Shown here: one piece after another, positions 1 through 10,552 of the stretch
Numbering within the stretch: position 1 is the first letter of the stretch
How the letters are laid out: every line of letters begins with the position of its first letter
NCBI GenBank assembly: GCA_030390025.1
Contig: CM059433.1
Span: forward strand, 22,260,001 to 22,324,000
Direction: 5' to 3'
From: Squalus acanthias
Taxonomy: Eukaryota
DNA: 64,000 nucleotides
Notes under the pieces: generated by a model
What the model was told of the DNA's origin: nothing
The model's database searches: none
The model's input: the letters and a program-made list of their open reading frames with translations, nothing else
Position numbers and translations under genes: made by a program

Positions 1-53
1 CCACCCAACCCGCCACCGATCGCGCCTGCTGACACCCCCGCAAAATTTCGGCC
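1..53. mobile_element. Right end of a GC-rich MITE/Harbinger-like element, truncated by the window edge
   Basis: Ends in AAAATTTCGGCC, resembling the reverse complement of the GGCC..AAATT termini of other elements in this window. Confidence 0.35.
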
Positions 54-74
54 ATAATGATTGTTTTCTACAGG

Positions 75-280
75 TGACAGCTGTGGCTCAGTGGTAGCAT
101 TCTCACCCTCAGAATCAGAAGGTTGTGGGCTCAAACCCCACTCCAGAGACTTAAACACACAATCTAGGCTCATACTCCAGTGCAATACTGAGGGAACGCT
201 ACACTGTCAGATGTGCTGATTTTCAAATGCCTCATTACATATTAAACAAACGCCCATCTGCCCTCTCTGCCCCATCTGCC
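75..280 (+). mobile_element. tRNA-derived Deu-domain SINE (SacSINE1-like), 5' part; continues at ~7270-7315 after a CR1 insertion
   Basis: A-box-like GTGGCTCAGTGGTAG, B-box-like GGGCTCAAACCCC, and Deu-like CAATACTGAGGGAACGCTACACTGTC...TTAAAC...CCATCTGCCCTCTC. The expected continuation CAGGTGGGCGTAAGAGATCCCATGGCACT is at 7271. Confidence 0.7.
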
Positions 281-446
281 AGGCTATTTTAGATCTAGTA
301 TTGTGCAACAAGAAAGGGTTAATTAATAACCTTGTAGTAAAGGGGCATTTAGGGAAGTGTGACCATAATATGATAGAATTTTATATTGAGTTTGAAAGTG
401 ATTTAGTTAAATCCGAAACTAGGGTCTTAAATCTAAACAAAGCAAA

Positions 447-666
447 AATGAGAAGTCGCACAACACCAGGTTATAGTCCAACAGATTTATTTAAAATTAC
501 AAGCTTTCGGAGCAGTCGCCCCTTCCTCAGGAATTGTAACTTTACCTGAGGAAGGGGCGACAGCTCCAAAAGCTTGTAATTTTAAATAAATCTGTTGGAC
601 TATAACCTGGTGTTGTGCGACTTCTCATTTTTGTCCACCCCAGTCCAACGCCGGCATCTCCGCATC
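447..666. mobile_element. Penelope-type short insert forming an ~89-bp-arm inverted repeat, 14-bp TSD
   Basis: Arms 443-531 and 545-633 are near-perfect reverse complements. Direct repeat CTAAACAAAGCAAA at 433-446 and 667-680. Contains a CTGAGGA...GAAA motif. The Penelope assignment is inference. Confidence 0.75.
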
Positions 667-1499
667 CTAAACAAAGCAAACTACGTAGGTATGAGGGGTG
701 AGTTGGCTAAGGTAGATTGGGAAACTACATTAAAAGGTATGATGGTAGAATAGCAATGGCTAGCATTTAAAGAATGAAGACATAATTTACAACAAATATA
801 CATGCCTTTAAAGAAAAGTGGTCCAACCGTGGCTAAAAAAAGGTGTTAAAGCTAGTATTTGATCAAAGGAAGAGGCTTATAATGTTGCCAAAAAGAGTAG
901 TAAGCCTGAGGATTGGGAGTATTTTAGAATTCAGCAAAGGAGGACCAAGAAATGGATAAAGAAAAGGAAAATAGAATATGAGAGTAAACTAGCGAGAGAC
1001 ATAAAAAACGATTGTAATAGCTTCTCTAGGTATGTAAAAAGGAAAAGATTAGCAAAAGTAAATGTGAGTCCCTTACAGGCTGAGACAGGAAAAATTATAA
1101 TGGGGAATAAGGAAATGGCAGAGAAATTAAACAAATACTTTGGGGTAGAAATTAGGTCGCGCCCCATTTGGGGCGCAAATATCGTCCGGACGCAAATATT
1201 AGCGCCTGGCGCTAATTATCGGCACTGACAGGAAACTTCACTTTTACCGCCCCGGGAGGTGAGTGGAGCGCTAAAGCAGGCGCTGCACACCTGTCTTAAG
1301 GCGCAAAGGCCAAGGAGTGAGGCGCTAACTCAGCGCGCGAGCGCAGCGCAGCTGCTGCCAGTTAGCGAGGGAACACAGACACACTGGCGCCGGACACTTC
1401 TTAAAGCGGGGGGGGCCACTTGCTCCCCAGCCACACCCTGCTCATTGCAGCCTTGAATCTCAGCCTGGAGAGACCTGTGAATCCATTTTGCTGCCAAGC

Positions 1500-3593
1500 A
1501 TGGAGAGGGTGAGAGAACGCGCTCATCGCTTCACCGAGCGGGCCTTGGATGCTCTGGTTGGCGCAGTGGAGCGCAGACGATGTATGCTCTTCCCTGAGAG
1601 TGGCAGGAGGCCTTTGCCACGCGAGTTCAGAAGAGTGTGGAGAAGGTGGCTCAGAGCGTCTCCTCCAGGAGCATGGTGCCCAGGACCCATACTCAATGCC
1701 GCAAAAAGTTCAACGACCTCACTTGGGTCGTCAGGGTGAGTGGCTTTTTCTCAATACCTCTCCATCCCTCCATCTCAACCTCACTCTTTGGCCAGAGGGT
1801 CTTAAAACCCCAATGCACAACACTCATCCAACACCTATGGCCCTTTCATGAAACACACACACACATTCCACACTTTGCATACAGTAAGGGCTATTCACCT
1901 ATGGGAGGCACATCAGGCAAGACCATGGCTGTATATTGTAAGGGCTATTCACCTATGGGAGGCACATCAGGCAAGACCATGGCTGCATATTGTAAGGGCT
2001 ATTCACCTATGGGAGGGACATCAGGCAAGACCATGGCTGCATATTGTAAGGGCTATTCACCTATGGGAGGCACATCAGGCAAGACCATGGCTGCATATTG
2101 TAAGGGCTATTCACCTATGGGAGGCACATCAGGCAAGACCATGGCTGCATATTGTAAGGGCTATTCACCTATGGGAGGCACATCAGGCAAGACCATGGCT
2201 GCATATTGTAAGGGCTATTCACCTATGGGAGGCACATCAGGCAAGACCATGGCTGTATATTTACTCAGATGCTGTCCTTTTTCTTGCAGGCCAAGCTGGC
2301 TCATAATAGGAGACAGCAGCAACGGACAGGTGGAGGGCGGCCTCAGCTGCAACCCCTCAGCGATCTTGAGGAGCGCGTCCACAGGATTGTGGCAAGCCGG
2401 GTGATCGGTCCCGTCGCCACTGGAGACGCCGACCCCGTTGTGGACAGCAATGGTAAGGTCATCACCTTTTTGTCCTCTGTCCTTCCACTTGTCCCTCACA
2501 ACACCAGCCTTTGACACTTTCAATCCAACTTGCTAACTCGCTGCACTTATTCCTCCCTTACTGCCACCCTGTCCTCACGCTAAAGCCACTCTTGTACCTC
2601 CCTGCTTTCAGATGGTGATTCACCAGCTGAGGAGACGGGCCCTGAAGCTGCCACTGGGAGTGATGCTGCAGCTGAGGAGGAAGAGGAAGCCAGAGCATCA
2701 GTGCCACCCTCTCCCGAGGAAGCCCATGCCCACACTGGGAACACGCCTTCCCCGGAGGGGAGCAGGGGGGAAGGGGCTGATGATGGTGAAGCTCCAGGAC
2801 CCAGCGGGCTGCAGCAACACCATGGGGGGGGGGTAGGGAAGAACGGGGGCCTTCTCCCCAGAGGGAGAGTATGCCAGACACTCCTACTACAATGGGCGCA
2901 GAGGAGGAGCGGCTGATTGCAGAAATGAACACCCAGGCGGTGTGCATGCACACTGAGCTCATGGGTGCAGTGGGAAGGGTGCCCGAATGCATTGAGTCAC
3001 TGGCAAGGAGTGTGGAGCACTTCGCTGTAGCACAGGCGGATGCCACACTAACGCTTAGTGCTGCAATTCAGTCACTGGCTGCCGTGATCCCACCTCTGAC
3101 TGCTCTCATATAGACTCAGATGGAGGCCACGCGAGCACAGACTGCTGCCAACCTCGATGGTTCGTGCACATTTCCCCGGGGCTGTCACCGCGCCGCAGCA
3201 GGCCAGCAATCTGTTCTCCGGCAGATTGCTCCGAATGCTGAAGTGCTGCCCCGTGGGAGTGCCAGTGTGTCGGGCGAGCAGGGAGTTGCTGTCCTCTCGC
3301 ACGATGACAGCATTCCTGCTGCCAACACTGTCACTTCTCCACTGCACTTGCCACCGCCTGTAGGACAGACTGCTGCCGCCCATGCAGAGTTGGTGCAGTC
3401 TGCAGCCGGGCCCTCCAGGCCCAGAAGTGGTCGAGGCCGTCCTTCAGGGGCATCTGCAGTGTCAGGGTCTGACGAGCAGCAGCCTTCCACCAGCCTTGCT
3501 GCAGCCACTGAGGTCCCATTACGGAGGAGCAGTAGGGTTAGAAGGGGGGAAGTGCGCAAGGGAAGGAGATCACCCTCGAAGGGCAAAAAGTAG
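1500..3593 (+). pseudogene. Harbinger Myb/SANT DNA-binding protein, 3 exons (1500-1735, 2290-2452, 2612-3593), disrupted
   Basis: RFTERALDALV..W..VA....RT..QCRKKFNDL Myb/SANT motif; TGGG motif in exon 2; GT-AG introns. Relative to copy 2 it has a 1-bp deletion at ~1643, a G-run frameshift at ~2824-2832, and TAG at 3111-3113. Confidence 0.88.
1885..2260 (+). repeat. 54-bp minisatellite, ~7 units, in intron 1 of the Myb gene
   Basis: Unit TAAGGGCTATTCACCTATGGGAGGCACATCAGGCAAGACCATGGCTGCATATTG. Confidence 0.95.
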
Positions 3594-3886
3594 GAGGTGT
3601 GACAAAATGCTGGTCATTTTTTTATTAAAGGCCGAGGTTCATGGTCCAACTTTTGTTTAGTGTTTTGGACATTATCTCCAGGTTGTGAGAACCAGTTATG
3701 TTATTGACTGTTTTTTTGTGTTTATTTCTATGAGTTTGTCATGAGGAATTGACACACACAGAGTTTGTAAAATAAATAAGTTTCTGTATTCAAAATATAC
3801 ATGGCTGTGGTTGGAATTATTGGTGCCTTGGCCGGCTTAGGGGTTGCGTGCTGGGTTGATTAATGTTTGTAGCAATGGCAGGGGCC

Positions 3887-5034
3887 CTAGAAGCGGCTTG
3901 CTATTAGTCGTTGATGGACGGCCCTTGCAGTTTGACCATTGTGGGCCGCCCTCCCGCCTTGGTGCTGCTGATGATCATCGTCCTCGTCCTCTTCCTCCTC
4001 TTCCTCCTCCTCCTCTGGTGGTGCTACAAGGCCTGGTGGCATTGGCTGGGTCCTGAGGATAGCCATGTTGTGCAACATGCAGCACACGACTACGAAGTTC
4101 GAAACTTGCTCAGGCGAGTACTGCAGGGCTCCTCCGGAATGGTTCAGACAGCGGAACCGTTGTTTCAGCACGCCGATTGTGCGCTCAATAATGTTCCTGG
4201 TTGCTTGATGGCTTTCATTGTACCGCAGCTCAGCAGGGGTGTTTGGCGTACGGAGCGGTGTCATCAGCCAGGTGCTCAATGCGTACCCCTTGTCCCCGAG
4301 AAGCCAACCAACTGGCTGATGCGGTGCCTCGAAAACTTCTGCCACAGGATGAAAGCATCGTGGCAGCTGCCCGGATAGTGGGCATTGACAGCGAGTATCA
4401 CCTGTCTGTGGTCACAGACCAACTGCACATTCAAGGAATGGAACCCCTTTCTGTTCCTGAATTCCTCTGCATTCTCTCGCGGAGCACGCAAAGCCACATG
4501 CGTGCAGTCAATGGCGCCCTGCACCATGGGGAAGCCCGCTACCCTCGCAAAGCCCAGAGCACGGTCACGCTGCTTGTCTGGGGTCATAGGGAAAGAGATG
4601 AAGTCTCGTCTCCTTCTGAAGAGGGCATTGGTGACCTGCCGGATGCAGCGATGCACCGCAAACTGGGAGATATTGGCGAGGTCCCCAACAGCAGCTTGGA
4701 ATGAGCCAGTGGCGTAGAAGTTCAAAGCCACTGTGACCTTCACTGCCACCGACAGAGACGTCCTGGACCTCAGCTGAGGCTGCAGATCTGGCTGCAGCAG
4801 GTGGCAGAGCTCAGTGACCACCTCCTTGCTGAATCGCAGCCTTCGCAAACACAGCTCCTCGGACATATGGATGTAGGAGAGCTGTTCACGATATACCCTG
4901 GGAGGGTAAGCTCTCCTGTACATGCGCCTGATGGCCCTCCTCCGTCTGGCCATCATTGCCACTCTCTGTCTGCGTCTCTGTATCCTCCGATTCAGCTGGA
5001 GCAGGACGACGCCCCCAATCAGTGCAGCCCCCAT
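3887..5034 (-). pseudogene. Harbinger DDE transposase (HARBI1-like), frameshifted
   Basis: GAIDCTH, LLGDKGY and [12 protein letters not shown] motifs split over two ORFs. A 13-bp deletion (CGCCAGACTACTG relative to copy 2) lies at ~4345. Confidence 0.93.
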
Positions 5035-5223
5035 ATTCTCTTTGCCAGAAAAGTAATGAGGTACAGCAACTAAAGTAGCAACAAAGTTAGGATGAATAGG
5101 CAAAACTACCTCACAAAGCGTTGAGTTAATGTAGAAGTCTCTCTCTCTCTCTCTCCGAATCTCTCTCTCTCTCTCAGAATGAGTGGTGCATAAATGTCGA
5201 CCACAGAAAAAGACAGGAAGAGG

Positions 5224-5375
5224 CCCCCTTTAAATAGCGCCCCCCCCAGCCCCACACCGATTGATAGCGTTTCAGTCTTCCGGTCGTTGGAAGCGCCAGG
5301 CGGTAAGGCAGGGGGCACCACTCAATTTCAGCTCCGGGGCGCCCCAAGGGCGTTGCACCATGGAATGACGTCATA
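5224..5375 (-). promoter_or_regulatory. Putative transposase promoter: TATA-like CTATTTAAAG and CRE TGACGTCA (5366-5373)
   Basis: Motifs lie upstream of the transposase ORF and are conserved in the other Harbinger/MITE copies. Function is inferred. Confidence 0.5.
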
Positions 5376-7376
5376 ATCTGCGCGCGCAGGTGGTCGCAGC
5401 GGTAAGTTTTAGCGCCGCCGCACAATCTCAAGTTAAGTTCTCGAGCGGCGCAAACATCGCTGCGCCCGGGCGTTAGCGGCTTAACGCCCCATTAGCGCCC
5501 TCTTAAGGCGCTAACAGGAGGCGCAACCAAGTGAATTTTTACCCCTTTGTGTCTGTCTTCATGGAAGAAGATGCAAAAAACTTCCTAGAAATAGTGGAGA
5601 ACCAAGGGTCTAGCGAGAATGAGGAACTGAAAGAAATTAGTATTAGTAAAAAAATAGTACTGGAGAAATTAATGGGACTGAAAGCTGATACATCCGCTGG
5701 ACCTGATGGCCTACATGCTAAGGTTTTGAAAGAGGTGGCTATAGTGATAGTGGATGCATTGGTTGTCATTTTCCAAAATTCCATAGATTCTAGAATGGTT
5801 CCCGTGGATTGAAAGGTAGCAAATGTAACCCCACTATTTAAGAAAGGAGGGAGAGAGAAAACGAGGAACTACAGACCAGTTAGCCTGACATCAGTTGTAG
5901 GGAAAATGCTAGAATCTATTATTAAGGATGTGGTAACAGGGCACTTAGAAAATAACAACAGGATTGGGCAGAGTCGACATGGATTTATGAAAGGGAAATC
6001 ATGTTTGACAAATCTGTTAGAGTTTTTTGAGGTTGTAACTAGCAGAATAGATAAGGGGGAACCAGTGGATGTGGTGTATTTGGATTTTCAGAAGGCATTC
6101 AATAAGGTGCCACACAAGAGGTTATTAAACAAAATTAGGGCTCATGGGATTGGGGATAATATACCAGCATAGATTGAGGATTGGTTAATGGACAGAAAAC
6201 AGAAAGTAGGAATAAACGGGGTCATTTTCAGGTTGGCCGGCTGTAACTAGTGTGGTACTACAAGGATCAGTGCTTGGGCCTCAGCTATTCACAATCTATA
6301 TCAATGATTTGGATGAGGGGACCAAATGTAATATATCCAAGTTTGCTGATGATACAAAGTTGGGTGGGAATTTAAGTTGTGAGGAGGATGCAAGGAGGCC
6401 TCAAGGGGATATAGACAAGCTAAGTGAGTGGGCAAGTATATGAAAATGGAATATAACGTGGAGAAATGTGAAATTATCCACATTGGTAGGAAAAATAGAA
6501 AGGCAGAGTATTTTTTAAATGGTGAGAGATTGGGAAATGTTGGTGTTCAGAGGAACCTGGGTGTCCTTGTACACGAATCACTGAAAGTTAACATGCAGGT
6601 ACAGCAAGCAATTAAGAAAGCAAATGGTATGTTGGCCTTTATTACAAGAAGATTTGAGTATAAGAGTAAAGACATCTTATTGCAATTATATAGGGCCCTG
6701 GTGAGACCACACCTGGAGTATTGTGTACAGTTTTGGTCTCCTTACCTAAGGAAGGATATACTTGCCATAGAGTGGGTGCAACAAAGGTTCACCAGACTGG
6801 TTCCTGGGATGGGGGGATTTTTCTATGAGGAGAGATTGAATAGACTAGGCCTATATAGTTTAGAAGAATGAAAGGTAATCTCATTGAAACATACAAAATT
6901 CTTACAGGGTTTGACAGGGTAGATGCAGGGAGGATGATTCCCCTGGCTGGGGAGTCTAGAACCAGGGGTCACAGTCTCAGAATAAGGAGTCGGCCATTTA
7001 GGACTGAGATGAGGAGAAATTTCTTCACTCGGAGGGTGGTGAATCTTTGGAATTCTCTACCCCAGAGGGCTGTGGAGGCTCAGTCGTTGAGTATATTCAA
7101 GTCAGAGATCGATAGATTTTTGGATATTAAGGGAATCAAGGGATATGTGGATAGTGCAGGAAAGTGGAGTTGAGGTAGAAGATCAGCCATGATCTTATTG
7201 AATGGTGGAGCAGGCTCGAGGGGCCAAATGGCCTACTTCTGCTCCTATTTCTTATGTTCTTATGTTCTTTCAGGTGGGCGTAAGAGATCCCATGGCACTT
7301 TCTAAAGAATGATGGGGAAATGTAGAGGGAGCTTTACTCTGCATCTAAGCTGTGCCATCCCTGGAGAAAAAGCCTT

Positions 7377-7830
7377 GGGGGAAAAATTCGGCCCCTTAGC
7401 GCCTCCCATTAGTGCCAGCAGAAAGCACTAGAGCTGGGGCGTGGTGAATTCAGTGCCGCACGTCAAATCCCGCCCCCCATAGCGCCGTTGGTAACAGTTA
7501 TCGCCAGGAGCCTCAATGCCAGGTGGATCGTGACGTCAATCTGTGTGCAACGCTCACTGACTGCCCAATCTGTGAAATTGATTGTCGTCACCTACCTTAG
7601 CGCCTGGAGTAAACAGCGACTGGGAGAGCTGGCGTGTAGCAGCAGGAAGCCAGCTCCAGGGATGTTATTTAAAGGGATCATCAGGACTGATTCACAGCTG
7701 TCAGGTTACTGGCGTTTCAGTGGATTCTTGTCAGTTTCACATAGTCCAAAAGTTTCATTCAGTAATTTCAAGGTTATTTTGTATCAGGAGTGTTGTAGCA
7801 ACTAAAAAGTAGCTACATTTATTCTTAAAA
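7377..7830 (+). mobile_element. Terminal (transposase-promoter) fragment of a Harbinger related to Harbinger-3
   Basis: Starts GGGGGAAAAATTC. Clearly similar to 48097-48512 (TGACGTCA, TTTAAAGGGATCAT, AGTTTCATTCAGTAATTT.AAGGTTATTTTGTAT). Confidence 0.75.
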
Positions 7831-8139
7831 AAATAATTAAAGTTTTTTACGGGGCGAAAAATAAACTTACCTTAAAATGATAAATCAGTGAATTTTTTTT
7901 TACCAGGCGTAAGAATTGTAAGGGTTTTCTGCGGGTGGAGGGTCTCCAAAAAGCGGAACTATCCGTCCGCAGAGGCCCTTCTCCAGGGCAGGCAGAGGAT
8001 CTGTCAAGACCATTCTTGACAGATCGGAAATGCCGGTTTTCAGCGCATGCGCAGTGCATGCCTGAAACCAGCATTTCCGATGTCCCTACGGGTGGGTACA
8101 CAGCGCGTACCCACCTGTAGGGATCGGAATATCTGGGCC
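7830..8139 (+). mobile_element. Right half of a hairpin-rich MITE (family B)
   Basis: Near-identical to ~12225-12589. Ends GATCGGAATATCTGGGCC, the reverse complement of the left TIR at 11842. Confidence 0.8.
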
Positions 8140-8149
8140 ATTAAATTTA

Positions 8150-8470
8150 GTTCCTTTTATATTCGGACTTTTCCTCTTATCCCCTTTTAGGTTACTAGTT
8201 TTTCTATTCAGACCCTCGCCTCATTTTATTGGTTTAAAGTCCCTTCTACAGTTATACTTACACTTTCTCCTTGACATTGGTCTCAACCTGGCTCAGGTGC
8301 ATTCTGTCCCAGCAGTACAGCTCCTTCCTGTCCTAGTACTGGTGCCAGTGCCCCATGAAATGAACTTGCTCTTTCCCACATCAGGCTTCCAGTTATGCAT
8401 TCACTTTCCTGATCTATTTGTCCCAATTAGTGCCTAGCTCCTGATACTCCCTGAGCAGGACTTCCTCCCT
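8150..8470 (-). mobile_element. Decayed CR1 ORF1 (esterase C-terminus) fragment
   Basis: Minus strand reads ..LYCWDRMHLSQ.. and resembles 30030-30320. Confidence 0.55.
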
Positions 8471-8479
8471 ATTCTTTCC

Positions 8480-9529
8480 TATGTCGGTGGTTTTGACAGA
8501 TTTCAGTCATGGCCTCTTTTGTGAAGCGAAAACATCTCAAGCATTGGTCCTCGCTGAAGTTGAGGTAAGAGAATTGCTCCCTTAAGAACCTCTGCAGATA
8601 TGGCCTCCTGCTGAGAGCCTTTCTCCCCCTCTTCCTCCTCCCTCTTCTAGCAGCTTGTCCTGCTCTGCGTGGCCTCTCTTCATTCTCCCAGTCATGCTCA
8701 ATTCCCAGAGGAAGCCTTACCAGGCCACCCATGTCAGGAAGCAACATGTTTCAGCACAAGCTTTTAAATGAACAAAAAAGTACTTTAGCACCAGCCAGAC
8801 TACTCCCTGTAGACGATTCAAACTTTAGGCAAAAATGTGCGGGTTAGGTTGATTTGGCTATGATAAATTGACCCTTAGTGTTAGGGGGGGATTAAATATG
8901 TGGGGTTATGGGGATAGGATGGGATATGTTAGGGGGAATTAAATACGTGGGGTTACGGGGGTAGGGTGGGATATGTGTACTGTGGGGATTAAAGCAGGGG
9001 ACAGGGTACTGGATTTGGATGATCAGCCATGATCGTATTGAATGGTGGAGCAGGCTCGACGGGCCGAATGGCCTACTCCTGCTCCTAGATTCTATGTTTC
9101 TATGTTTCTATAGGAAAGCTCCAAAAACGAGTGCAATTGCAACAGCAGCCAAGAGAAATAATTCAACAACTAACCAGTAAGTAGTTCATGAACCCTTTAA
9201 ATAGCGCTGGTTGGGGGGTGGCGGGGTCCTTCATGCCATTTAACATCGTGTTCAGCTGTGCGAGTTTAAGACAGGGTGTAGGCTCGAGCGTGGCATTCGA
9301 AAATGGCAGTGCTGGCATTAGATAAGTGTTGCACACTGATTGCCATCATAATCTGCCTACTCTGCATGCTGCCAGTTGTCGTTAGGTATGCACGCAAACC
9401 CTTTTACCAAGATGGCGTCCTGTGCACTTCCCGTCAGCAGTGTGCCCGGGCATCTCGGACCCCATTTTCAAGCGTTAGGAGACTTCGTAGAGCCTAAAAA
9501 CGGGCACTACAGAGCCCAATTTCTCCCCC
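8480..9529 (-). mobile_element. Truncated Harbinger: terminus, promoter and transposase N-terminus (8469-8747)
   Basis: RRPYLQRFLREQFSYLNFSEDQCLRCFRFTKEAMTEIC is homologous to the transposase N-terminus. CCCTTTAAATAGCGC at ~9193; TIR-like AATTTCTCCCCC at 9518-9529. Confidence 0.8.
8830..9111 (+). mobile_element. HE1/V-SINE-like 3' fragment with CR1-type tail, inserted in the truncated Harbinger
   Basis: GGTTAGGTTGATTTGGCTATGATAAATTGACCCTTAGTG, then GATCAGCCATGATC...GGCCGAATGGCCTACTCCTGCTCC and a (TTTCTATG)n tail. Confidence 0.65.
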
Positions 9530-10552
9530 AATAGCTTTTCTAACAGATGAAAAATTGCATTCAGTGTTTGTTTTCTTGAATCCTTTCATTAGTTTGGATA
9601 AAAACTTGTTTTTGATAAATTTTGTGTAACCATTATAATCTTTGCTTTGCAAGTTCGGCAACAATTGACTGTTCTATTGAGTACTAACGTGAAATATTGC
9701 AAAACTGTTTTTTGATCTCTCTAAGAATATGTTTTGCAGCTGAGAATGTATGATTGAAGCTTGCTGATAGGTCCATGCAAATCATGTGGTTTTATCACTC
9801 AGCATTCACCAATCAGATGAAAGAATCGATTCTACAAAAACATAGTCAGCCCTGACACCGCTCTCGATCAGAAATTCTCTTCCTGCCTATGTCAGTATTT
9901 AAATTAATACTCTTCATCCTCTTTTGAAATAAATGTTTGCTGGTTCCCCTCAACTCAACTAAATTTTAAGCTGTTCATCAATTAAAAAAAATATATTTTT
10001 CTCTCTTCATTTACCTCAGGGTTATTGACAATGACCAGAGAGTGAACCAATGCAACATATTTTTACTTATTTTTGTCTCTGCGCCTTCCTCTGTCAATGG
10101 CTTCTTCAAGCAGAAAGATGAAGCAGCCATGATACCGACTCACCTGAGGCACAAACTGGGACCACTTGTATCTGGGAATGCCTTATGAGGGCCGTAGCTT
10201 ATGTACCAGGACTCACCTTTGGAAACTGCCCATGGACACATGGAATTACCACAAATTTAGAGGAAATAAAGCTCAGGTAACTGAAGGAGAAGGTGCTAAG
10301 GAGGAGAAGCAACTCAGAGTGCTACACGAACAACAACTGCAGGGGAGAGAAAGGTCAGGCTGGGACCTGCATCTGGGTGCTGCATTTTCATATTACCACA
10401 GTGTACTGAAACAGTGCGGGGACAGTGCATTAGGATGGCCACAGGAGTAACAAGTTGAGCAATTGCAGCACCTGCACAGCAGGTTGTTCTTGGACTAATG
10501 GGCAAATCCACTTCTGAAGGAGTGTACACTGTACCTGCATCAGGAGCAATTA

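Larger units (their letters stand above)
1142..5545. mobile_element. Harbinger-1: full-length PIF/Harbinger transposon, both genes disrupted
   Basis: TIRs GGGGTAGAAATT / AATTTTTACCCC and TTT TSD (1139-1141, 5546-5548). The host CR1 reading frame (NKYF|VSVF) resumes exactly after it. Convergent Myb-like and transposase genes. Confidence 0.95.
281..7268 (+). mobile_element. 5'-truncated CR1 LINE (ORF2 endonuclease C-terminus to RT, disrupted), interrupted by a Penelope-type insert and Harbinger-1
   Basis: Fragments LGKCDHNMIEF, HGFMKGKSCLTNLLEFF, VYLDFQKAF, QGSVLGPQLFTIYINDL, KFADDTKL and [13 protein letters not shown], with stops and frameshifts. 3' tail (TTCTTATG)n at ~7248-7268. Confidence 0.93.

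Noticed and set aside
82..145. tRNA gene
   Set aside because: A- and B-box-like motifs run directly into a Deu-SINE body, and I see no intact cloverleaf.
1885..2260. 54-bp repeat as a CRISPR or guide array
   Set aside because: Head-to-tail near-identical units without spacers.
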